From Octopus sinensis (lineage: Eukaryota): a stretch of 18,570 nt of DNA. The DNA is taken from NCBI RefSeq assembly GCF_006345805.1, contig NW_021824471.1:1-18570 (forward strand), written 5' to 3'. The translations under genes and the position numbers were made by a program. The notes under the pieces were generated by a model. The model saw only the letters and a list, made by a program, of their open reading frames with translations. It was not told the origin of the DNA and did not search any database. Below, one piece after another: positions 9,621 through 18,570 of the stretch; within the stretch, counting starts at the first letter, position 1; each line of letters opens with the position of its first letter.

Positions 9621-10059
9621 TTTCAGTATTACGTGTTAAAAGTGAAACAAAAACATTTCTCTATTTTATGTCAGATACTTTCACTTTAACAATAAAAATA
9701 ATAATAACAATTGAATAATAATTAAAATCAAACTAAAGTATAATATAATTGTAACATAACAAAAGTAAAATAGCAATTGGTATAAAATTGCATCAAGGAT
9801 TTGAACTTGAATAAGTGGTTTCACATGAATGGGAATAAATTAAAAATAAAATTAGCGTGCAGAAATGGAATAGTCATACAATTCCAGTCTGTTATATATT
9901 TTCAGTATTGTTATCACTAGCGATATCAAGATATAACTTTGTATTTTGTATTTTATGTGTAGATGTATATATATAGATGTACATGTAATATGTACACATA
10001 TATACATGCACTAGCACTATGACCCGGCAAAGACGGGTCATAATGCTAGTATATATATA

Positions 10060-10273
10060 TAATAATCCCTCGCCATATCACGGTTCACCTATCCACCTAT
10101 CGTGGTTTATTATTTTACGTTGATTCCTCTGTGGTGTTGTTTTGCATTTATAATAAAATAAATATATACAAATTATAGAAATAATTTTTTAAAATATACA
10201 GTGCAGTTCTGTTTCTACTTCGCGAAATTTCATCTATCGTAACGCAACACCTGCAATAGCCGAGGGATTACTG
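10060..10273. mobile_element. Tc1/mariner-superfamily (pogo/Tigger-like) MITE
   Basis: TIRs TAATAATCCCTCG (10060-10072) and CGAGGGATTACTG (10261-10273; reverse complement CAGTAATCCCTCG), 11/13 identical, flanked by TA. No ORF. Confidence 0.7.
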
Positions 10274-10287
10274 TATATATATATATA

Positions 10288-11303
10288 TAGACGTTGGACA
10301 AAATAATGGAAACACCTAGCATCATAGCATCATAGCATCATAGCATCATAAGTTTGAAATATCTATAAAACCATCAGCAGCTTGATTATTTTCATGTTTT
10401 TTTATTTATTATTATTGTTGCTAGAATTTTGCTAAAATTGTAGATATCATCAAAAAAAAAAAAGGTCAGTAAGGTTCATTAAAATGACAGATCTATCGGA
10501 CTTTAAAAGAGGTCAAATTGTTGGCGCTCGTAAGCTGTTCGCCGGGAGCTGCATAAAGCCAGATTTCACGGGCTGCAATCAGAAAACCACTCCTTTCAAA
10601 AACAAACGTTGCAAAGCGTTTAGAGTGGAATAAGAACCTACAGAATTGGTCCCTATAGCAGTGAAAGAATGTTATTTTCTCGGACGAGTCATCCTTCACC
10701 ATATTTCCAACCATCAGATGAGTATACATGTGGAGACAGCCAAAAGAAGCATTTGACCCAGACTCCTTTCATCCAACTGTTAAACATGGATTAGGATCTG
10801 TGATAATCGGGAGGGGGGGTGCTATATCTTGGAAATTCGCCTGCCCAATGATTTCCTTTCATGGCAGAATTAACAGTCAAGACTATTTAAGCATTTTATC
10901 TGGTCAAATTCACCCTATGGTTGCGGAACTGTTTCCGAAGGGAAATGCAATCGTTCAAGATGATAATGCACCAATTCACAGCTAAAGCTGTTATTGAATG
11001 GCACGAGGATCGTTCTCGTGAAATTGAACATCTTATCTGGCCACCACAGCTCCCAGATCTCAATATTATTGACTATTTATTGTGCATTTTAGAAACACAA
11101 GTAAGGAGTCCATATCCTCCACCATCATCACTGGAGACTGTTTTAGCTGAAGAATGGACAAAATGTTTTTTTTGGGGGGAAACAATTCAAACTTTGTCCA
11201 TACCGCGTAGAATTCAAGATGTAATTACTGCCAAAGGCTGTCCTACCTCATATTAAAATAAATTTGTTTAAAATTTTAAGGTGTTTCCATTATTTTGTCC
11301 AAC

Positions 11304-11308
<5 letters not shown>
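10288..11308 (+). mobile_element. Internally deleted Tc1-family DNA transposon (DD36E/Incomer-like spacing)
   Basis: 30-bp TIRs TAGACGTTGGACAAAATAATGGAAACACCT (10288-10317) and AGGTGTTTCCATTATTTTGTCCAACTTCTG (11279-11308), 28/30 identical, flanked by TA. Contains a transposase pseudogene. Confidence 0.93.
10484..11256 (+). pseudogene. Tc1 transposase pseudogene
   Basis: MTDLSDFKRGQIVGAR, then a deletion, then RRELHK..AAIRKPLLS..VIFSDESSF..WRQPKEAF..PTVKHG..QDDNAPIH / WPPQLPDLNIID..SIPRRIQDVITAKGCPTSY*. Contains stops and frameshifts. Confidence 0.93.
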
Positions 11309-11345
<37 letters not shown>

Positions 11346-11349
<4 letters not shown>

Positions 11350-11740
11350 TTTTACTTGTTTCAGTCATTTGACTGCAGCCATGCTGGAGCACCGCCTTTA
11401 GTCAAACAAATCGCCTCCTTATTCTTTGTAAGCCTTGTACTTATTCTATTGGTCTATTTTGTCGAACCGCTAAGTTACGGGGACGTAAATGCACCAACCT
11501 CGATTGTCAAGCGATGGTGGGGGAGGGACAAACACAGACACACAAATGCGTACATATATAGACATATATATATACGACGGGCTTCTTTCAGTTTCCTTCA
11601 ACCTAATCCACTCACAAGGCTTTGGTCGGACCGAAACTATAGTAGAAGACACTTTCCCAAGATGCCGTGCAGTGGAACTGAACCCAGAACTATGTGGTTG
11701 GCAAGCAAGCTCTTTACCACACAGCCACTCCTGAGCCTAT
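11346..11740 (-). mobile_element. Near full-length tRNA-derived SINE, family A
   Basis: Reverse complement of 16938-17349. A box TGGCTGTGTGG (11717-11727), B-box-like GGTTCAGTTCC, central CA/TA tract, and tail ...GACTGAAACAAGTAAAAGAA. Confidence 0.92.
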
Positions 11741-12074
11741 ATGTGTGTGTGTGTGTATGTGTCTGTGTGTGTTATTTAAAGCAGTTTAATTCGGCTCAAA
11801 CGACATAAAGCTTGGCGGGCTCCTTAGAGAAAAGCTAGTTCATTCTTGCTCAGTTAACTGAATGAAGAGATACAGGAAATCCAAGATGGGTACGGGAAAC
11901 AGGGCTATAAGTCACATGGTGCCGAGTCAAACTACTTTAATTGATAATACATGTAACTCCTGCAAATTTTTTCAGTACCTTTTTCTTTCCTTGGCCTATT
12001 CACTCGTATGTGTGTGTATATTGTGTGTGTGCGTGTGTGACACACACACATGATTTTGATTGATTTTGATTTTT

Positions 12075-12486
12075 CCAGTTTCAGCTAATGAGCTGTGGCC
12101 ATGCTGGGGCACCGCCATTTATATAAAAAACAATGAACAATCTTAATCGATTTTCGAACCATATTGGATTCTCATCAGAGGCGTCTGCATCATTTTGACA
12201 GTCTCGTATATATATATATATATATATATATAATACATACATACATACATACATACATACATACATACATACATACATACATACACATATATATGTATAT
12301 GCGACGGGTTTTCACACACCGCCAACCAAATTCACTCGTAAACTCACAAGGCTTTGGCTGGTTCGGGGTCGTTCAAAAAGACATTAAAACAACACTTGCC
12401 CAAGATGCAGCTGTGCAATGGAATCGAACCCGACGAAACCAGGCGGCTGCAAAGCGAGCCGCTTAACCACCTGGCTATGCCTACGC
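12075..12486 (-). mobile_element. Diverged family-A-related SINE in two pieces (12075-12118, 12300-12486); middle replaced by a hammerhead cassette and microsatellite
   Basis: GCCATGCTGGGGCACCGCC matches the family A tail. CGACGGG..CACAAGGCTTTGG..ACACTTGCCCAAG..GAACCCG..TTAACCAC matches its 5' half. Confidence 0.7.
12132..12194 (-). ncRNA. Type I hammerhead ribozyme (PLE-type), intact core
   Basis: Minus strand reads ...GCCT CTGATGA GAATC caatat GGTTC GAAA ATCGAT TA AGA... Stem II is 5 bp, stem III is the palindrome ATCGAT, and the site is UUA. Stem I has 2 proximal bp, an internal loop and a 9-bp distal helix. Confidence 0.75.
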
Positions 12487-12751
12487 TTATGTCGACGGAC
12501 GAGAGTTGTTTTTAGCGTCATCCATCTTTGACTCATCGTATTACTCAATAATTCAACATTCTAAATTCCCTTTGTAAGATCACGAGAGGCGAACGTGGGT
12601 GGACAGGGACTGGTATAAGAAACACTTCTCTGTAAAGCTGTCGTCGACATACGACAAAAGCAAACAAAGAACAAAGAGAACGAAAAGAACAAACGTTCCG
12701 AGAAGGACATAACTTTTTTGTTGATTCTGTTTTTTTTCTGTTTCCATCAAT

Positions 12752-12754
<3 letters not shown>

Positions 12755-12829
<75 letters not shown>

Positions 12830-13161
12830 TATTATATATATATATATATATTATAATATATTATTATATATATATATGTATATATACATATGCTTTTTTT
12901 TCTGTTTTGTATTTGTTATTTTGCCACGGACAGCTGTATATTGACGTTTGATAGCTTGAAAAAAAAGAGCGATGTGTGAATATCTGTGTACATACATATA
13001 TGCATACAGAAAGACATACGTATATACATATATATGTGTGTGAATATATGATATCGATTCACACACACACACATATATACATATCTATAGTGTATATAAT
13101 ATATACATAATACACACACACACGTATGTATATATAATTATATATATTATATATTATATAT

Positions 13162-13201
<40 letters not shown>

Positions 13202-13353
13202 CATATATATATGACATATGCATTATGTATATGCATGTATATATATATATATATATATAAAGTTAATACATTGATTGACTAATAGACTAATATATATGCA
13301 TTCATATGTCTGTGTGTTTATGTGTATAGATAGACAAACAGGCAGACTGATAG

Positions 13354-13384
<31 letters not shown>

Positions 13385-13570
13385 GATAGATAGATAGATA
13401 GGTGTCAGTATTTGTATGTGCGTGTATAACTATCTATGTATATATATTTATATATATATATATATATACATAGATACATTCGTAAGTACATACATACATA
13501 CATACATACATACTACATACATACATACATACATACATACATACATACATAGCTATGTACGTACATACAT
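12755..13570. repeat. Cluster of (TA)n, (CA)n, (GATA)n, (CATA)n microsatellites
   Basis: Direct reading, with short unique spacers. Confidence 0.9.
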
Positions 13571-14131
13571 GCATACGAAACGTTCCTTTAGACAAGAATG
13601 GCGAAATTAATAGCAAGAAATGACATTACATCGCCAAGTGTGTTTGTAAAGAAAATCCGAGACGACTTTACGGTCACAACTTTATTTTTATTGTTATTTT
13701 ATTTTATCTTTCGTTACTTTTTTGTTTCTTTCTTTTAATCTATCTATATACTTATTTTTTATTCAATTGTTTGATTATTTAGTTTTAATTTTTGTTTTGT
13801 TTTTGGTGGGAGGCGTTGCAATAATTGAAGAATGGTTTTGCTAAATCCAGGTCTCTGTAAGTCATTCTATGTAGTTATATGACTCATAATGGTTGTATTG
13901 TAAAAATACAAACATCACCTCGGCTCTTGACACCGAATTGTGTGGTTTCAATTTCCAGGTGGATTTTCTTTTAAAGATTTTGTGAGATGAGGAAAGGGCC
14001 GCGTCTATTAATTGTTCCCGAAACAACCTCTGTGACTTATTAAAGGCAAGCTGAAGTAAGCACAACTCACATATTACCTAAAACCGTAAGCTTGCCTAAA
14101 AACAGAACACTGCTAATGGCACCCAAGGATC

Positions 14132-14165
14132 AGGTGGTGGTGGTGGTGGTGGTGGTGGTGGTGGT
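14132..14165. repeat. (GGT)n microsatellite
   Basis: Direct reading. Confidence 0.95.
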
Positions 14166-14229
14166 ATGATATTTTCTTCATATTCTCTGCTGTAGCCCTT
14201 AGGTAACACCTGTAGGTAATAACAATCTT

Positions 14230-14560
14230 ACTACCTAACTTTAAGTATCAGCCATAACTCAAACCCTGAAATATTACCTCAAAACTTAACCGAAGGATTT
14301 CCTCAAAACTTAACCAAAAGCTTACCCCACTTCTAAATTCCAATTCAAACTTAACCCTAAATTCCACCCGTACGTAAATCCTTGTCGGAAATGTTTAGCC
14401 ACCCTTACCTTAAATTATATCCACTTTAACTCTAAACCTTGTTCTGACACTAAATTTAAAGTTTAAATAACCCCTAACTTTAAACCTTACCTCAACCCTA
14501 ACTCTAAAGCTCACCCAAACCCTACACTACACTTCACTTTTACTTAAACCTGAACTCAGA
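14230..14560 (+). repeat. Degenerate (CCCTAA)-like, G-poor hexamer-repeat region
   Basis: Recurrent CTTAACC, AACCCTAA, CCCTAAC, AAACCTTA and CTCTAAA words, with a strong C-over-G skew. Confidence 0.5.
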
Positions 14561-14857
14561 AACAATACTTTTCCCTGTCTATCTTTCACAACTCCTGGTC
14601 TGGCGTCTAAAGCAGTAACCTAAATTTACCTCTCTGAATTAGGACAAGCATCCGAGATGTTAGACTTTCCTTATCATACACGTTGTAAAACATATTCTAC
14701 AGTTTATACTATTTGTATTACTTTATACCAATACAAATAGTCCCCTCAGATTCTACTCACGGCCTGACAAAACAGTTAATGAAAATACGGCAAACACAAG
14801 TGCTAAGGTCCATGTGAGTGATTTTATTCTTTCATAATTTCTAGATTTCAAAGCTAG

Positions 14858-15690
14858 AAGGTGGTGAGCCGGCAGAATCGTTAGCACGCCAAGCGAAATG
14901 CGTAGCAGTATTTCGTCTTCATTTACGTTCTGAGTTCAAATTTCGCCGAGGTCGACTTTACCTTTCATCCTTTTGGGGTCGATTAAATAAGTACCAGTTA
15001 CGCACTGGGGTCGATATAATCGACTTAATCCGTTTGTCTTTCCTTGCTTGTCCTCTCTGTGTGTAGCCCCTTGTGGGTAGTAAAGAAATAGGTGGTGAGC
15101 CGGCAGAATCGTTTGCATGCTCGGCAAAATCCTTAGCGGCATTTCATCTGTCATTATGTTCTGAGTTCAAACTCCGCCGAAGCCTACTTTGCATTTTATC
15201 CTTTCGAGGTCTATGAAAAAAGTACCAGTTGAGTACAAGGTCGATGTAAGCCACTGGCCCACTCCCTTAAAAAATATTTCAGGCCTTTTTCCTATAGTAC
15301 CAAAGGTAATTATCATTTACGTAATTAATGCGATTAGCGAGCAAAATCGTTAACGCTTCCGACAAGGTACTTAGTAGCATTTCTCCTAACTCTTAAAGTT
15401 CTGAGTTCAAATCTCGCTGAGATCAAATGCCCTTTCCCCCTTTTCGGGTTCGATATAATAAGGTGCCAGGCATGTACTAAGATCAATGCAATCAATTTAT
15501 CTTCTCTCCTCAAAAATTGCTGGCCTTGAGCATAGATCAGAAAGTATTTTAGTTACTAGCGTAGTCGGTAGAGCGAAACACAAAACTACTTGTGCCATTT
15601 TGTTGTATCCCTTTACATTTCGAGTTCAAATCTCGTAGAGGCGAGATCGTCTTTATCCTTAATCATTCCAGGGTCCCTAAAATAAACAGT
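14858..15690 (+). mobile_element. Head-to-tail array of four tRNA-derived SINE family C units
   Basis: B-box motif GTTCTGAGTTCAAA at 14927, 15158 and 15398, and ATTTCGAGTTCAAA at 15617 (spacings 231, 240, 219). Units start at about 14858, 15090, 15328 and 15552. Confidence 0.85.
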
Positions 15691-16134
15691 CGTTTGTTCA
15701 TTTGTTGCCATTTTTGCCCCGAGAAAAGAAACATCAATTTTTGCGATAAATTCAGAAAATATTTTTCCATTAGAACTAATATTGATGGATGGCAGATTAT
15801 ATTTTTAAAGATGATGTCCCGACATGGCCTCAGTCTATGGATATTATTAATAAAACATAGAATAATAATACTTCAAATATACATATAGATATAATTCATC
15901 CTATCGAGAATTCTTTTTTAATACTTCAGCAGCAGACGAATATTTGATAAACATTTGTCTAACTGGATTTAGGAAGAGAGGGTGGGGAGAAAGAGAAGGT
16001 GAAAGGAAGAGAGGAATTATGGCAGCGTAATCCAAAATTTATTATTAGACGTCATACGTTTATTGTGATAACAATAAACAGCGCAAAAACATTTTTCCAA
16101 TGTTATATAGTGGGATGTCACACAAGCATACAAT

Positions 16135-16328
16135 ACACACGTACATACATACATACATACGTACATACATACATACATACATACACACATACACACATGC
16201 ATACATACATATAAACACGCATACATACAGACAAGTATACATGCATATATACGTAAATATATATCTGCACATACACGCACAAATACATTATATATATATA
16301 TATACATATACATATGCATACACACACA

Positions 16329-16362
<34 letters not shown>

Positions 16363-16364
16363 TA
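16135..16364. repeat. (CATA)n/(TA)n/(CA)n microsatellites
   Basis: Direct reading. Confidence 0.95.
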
Positions 16365-16728
16365 TCTCTCTATATATAAACGGCAGTTTGTCTCTGTGTG
16401 TTTCTGTGTGTCTGTTAGGTTGTACGCTCACCCTGACCACGGCTTTCAACCGATTCTGATGAAACTTGACACACACATAGCCCAATGTCATAATTCAAAA
16501 CTAACGCAGGGAAAATTTTGAAAAGTTCCCCCAGTTCTGAAAAGAATCGATAAATTCCACATGGGTTCGAGAATCAGAAACACAAACCACAGACTGTCTA
16601 GGGACGCAACCTCGACCTTTTAACTAAAAAAATTTACCATTTTTTTTCCATTTTTTGGCTATAACTCTCTAAAAGTGCTTTATAGTCATTTCCCTTACAA
16701 ACCGAGCAACGCCGGGCGCTACTGCTAG
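16365..16728 (+). mobile_element. Non-autonomous Helitron
   Basis: Starts A|TCTCTCTATATATAAA and ends CCGAGCAACGCCGGGCGCTACTGCTAG (CTAG at 16725-16728). The last about 70 bp match the 3' end of the 8777-9290 element. The following base is A rather than the expected T. Confidence 0.8.
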
Positions 16729-16937
16729 ATATAATATATATATATATATAGATATATATATATATCATATATATATATATATATAGTATATATATAACGT
16801 ACATCATACATATAGATACATATTATATATTATAATCTATTAAAATTTAAATGACAGTGACTGCGAGCAGGAGCTGTAGGTTTATTCCACACATACGTGT
16901 GTGTATGTATGTATTTGTAATATAAGATTGTATGTAT

Positions 16938-17349
16938 TGGCTGTGTGGTAAGTAGCTTGTTTACTAACCACATGGTTTCCGGGTCAGTCCACCTGCGTGG
17001 CACCTTGGGCAAGTGTCGTCTACTATAGCCTTCGGCCGACCAAAGCCTTTGAGTGGATTTGTAGACGGAAACTGAAAGAAGCCCGTCGTATATATATATG
17101 TATATATATATATATGTATATATATGCGTGTGTGCGTTTGTGTGTCTGTGTTTGTCCCCTTAGCATTGCTTGACAACCGATGCTGGTGTGTTTATGTCCC
17201 CGTTACTTAGCAGTTCGGCAAAAGAGACCGATAGAATAAGTACTGGGCTTACAAAAGAATAAGTCCCGGGATCGAGTTGCTCGATTAAAGGCGGTGCTCC
17301 AGCATGGCCGCAGTCAAATGACTGAAACAAGAAAAAGAGTAAAAGAGTA
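16938..17349 (+). mobile_element. Near full-length tRNA-derived SINE, family A
   Basis: A box TGGCTGTGTGG (16938-16948), B-box-like GGGTCAGTCC (16981-16990), central TA/TG tract, and a tail with AAAAGAGT repeats. Confidence 0.92.
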
Positions 17350-17607
17350 TATATATATAAGGTATATTAAAATATGCTGGCCACTTGATGAAATTTTTTG
17401 AAAAATTTTATCCTATATTAGAAGTAAATTTATTACCATTCACTTCGAGACTTGTGACCAGTCGAAGTTGTGATTCCTGACCGATTACACGTGTATTGAG
17501 GCTTGCTACGGAATTTATATTTAGTTATATTTGGGGTACTTATGTGTACACATGACTTTGCTTCTGCTTTTTTCCATGGGTGCTTGTAAGTATTTCATTT
17601 ATTTCTT

Positions 17608-17680
17608 ATCGTATTCTCTGCTGAAGAAGGAAATATCCGTTGCATTACTTTCGAAATCGATCGATACAGAGATAACGCAT
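17608..17680 (+). ncRNA. Type I hammerhead ribozyme (PLE-type), intact core
   Basis: TCTCTG CTGAAGA A GGAAATA tccgttgcat TACTTTC GAAA TCGATCGA TA CAGAGA. Stem I is a perfect 6 bp (extendable to about 10), stem II has 6/7 pairs, and stem III is the palindrome TCGATCGA. AUA site with predicted cleavage after 17666. Confidence 0.85.
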
Positions 17681-17875
17681 TAAAAAAAAAAAATTCTGTT
17701 AGCTTGCTTTCCCCAATTCAACACGATGTGTATTTATAGTGATGTATATTGTATGTGGTGATTTAAGGTCGTTTTCTCAGCGCATCGGCATAGAATTTTT
17801 TTCTTTTACACTTATTTATAATTATATATATATTGATATAATATATATAGATATATATATAAAATAAAAAATAAT

Positions 17876-18120
17876 GCGCCATTTTAAAGCCTAGCCAGGC
17901 TCATGGGCCCGGTTTCCCGGTTTCTATGGTGTATGTGTTCCCCAGCTGGACGGGACGCCAGTCTATCGCAGCGTTACTCATTTTTGCCAGCTGAGTGGAC
18001 TGGTGCAACGTGAAAAGGAAATGTTTTGCTCAAGAACACAACGCGTCGCCCGGTCCAGGAATCAAAACCACAATCATACGATCATGATGCTAACACCCTA
18101 ACCACTAAGCCACGTACCTC
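17876..18120 (-). mobile_element. tRNA-derived SINE, family B
   Basis: Minus strand has A box TGGCTTAGTGG (18102-18112), GGTTTTGATTCC, TGTGTTCTTGAGCAAAACA, CCAGTCCACTCAGCTGG and TGCGATAGACTGGCGTCCCGTCCAG. Related to 3750-4022 and 5245-5445. Confidence 0.88.
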
Positions 18121-18223
18121 CACACAAACACACACACACACACACACACACTCACACACACACACACACACACTCACACACACACACTCACACACACACA
18201 CATACACACACACACACACACAC

Positions 18224-18257
<34 letters not shown>

Positions 18258-18258
18258 G
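18121..18258. repeat. (CA)n then (TA)n microsatellite
   Basis: Direct reading. Confidence 0.97.
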
Positions 18259-18570
18259 TAATAATTCTAATTCTAATAATCCATGGACGGAATTTATAAA
18301 ATGCATAGCTACGCGTGTTTCCACAAATCACATGTTTCTGCAGGGGTCAAAGCCCGTCACCACATACACTTCCATCTCTTTATGACTACCATTTCTTCCG
18401 CTCTTTTCATCGCCTTCTGCTCCTCCCCACCAAATACACACACAAATACCCACATGCCCAATCAACTTTTTCATTGGTCAAAATTGATAAACAACCCTCA
18501 GTTAAACATCCGTTAATGTCATATCGCCCGAAGAAATGAACGCATGAATATGATCTACCCGATATCCATG

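Larger units (their letters stand above)
8761..10049 (+). mobile_element. Non-autonomous Helitron (host), interrupted at 8777-9290
   Basis: 5' TC at 8761. Removing the insert gives TCTTTATATATATATATATAAAACTGAGAATGTGTG with a (TGTC)n tract. The 3' end has hairpin GACCCG-gcaaaga-CGGGTC, then CTAG (10046-10049) followed by T. Confidence 0.7.

Noticed and set aside
10317-10348. (TAGCATCA)x4 as regulatory iterons
   Set aside because: Most simply a local slippage expansion just inside the Tc1 left TIR.
13862-14065. Minus-strand 67-aa ORF as a host exon
   Set aside because: No recognisable domain, no polypyrimidine tract at the candidate acceptor, and a length expected by chance.
14858-15690. CRISPR array or tRNA gene cluster
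   Set aside because: Units are homologous along their whole about 230-bp length, with no unique spacers and no cas genes. The heads have a B box but no complete cloverleaf.

Overview
AT-rich, microsatellite-saturated eukaryotic nuclear DNA. It is most likely intergenic or intronic cephalopod (Octopus-like) sequence; this taxon call comes from my recognition of the SINE families and was not verified by a search. I can support no host protein-coding gene, and nearly all listed ORFs are microsatellite or antisense-transposon artefacts. The window is a mosaic of mobile-element remnants: a decayed RTE LINE (1-960), a very AT-rich Penelope-like (GIY-YIG) remnant between inverted repeats (1247-2600), an L2/CR1-like 3' end, three tRNA-derived SINE families including a four-unit head-to-tail array (14858-15690), three non-autonomous Helitrons (one nested in another), a Tc1/mariner-type MITE, and an internally deleted Tc1 element with DD36E (Incomer-like) spacing. 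The most notable signal is a set of dispersed type I hammerhead ribozyme motifs of the Penelope-associated kind, with a very short palindromic stem III. Two have intact catalytic cores (17608-17680 +, 12132-12194 -). Several more are degenerate or truncated, and most sit as short orphan cassettes beside (TA)n tracts. All folds and alignments were done by eye.
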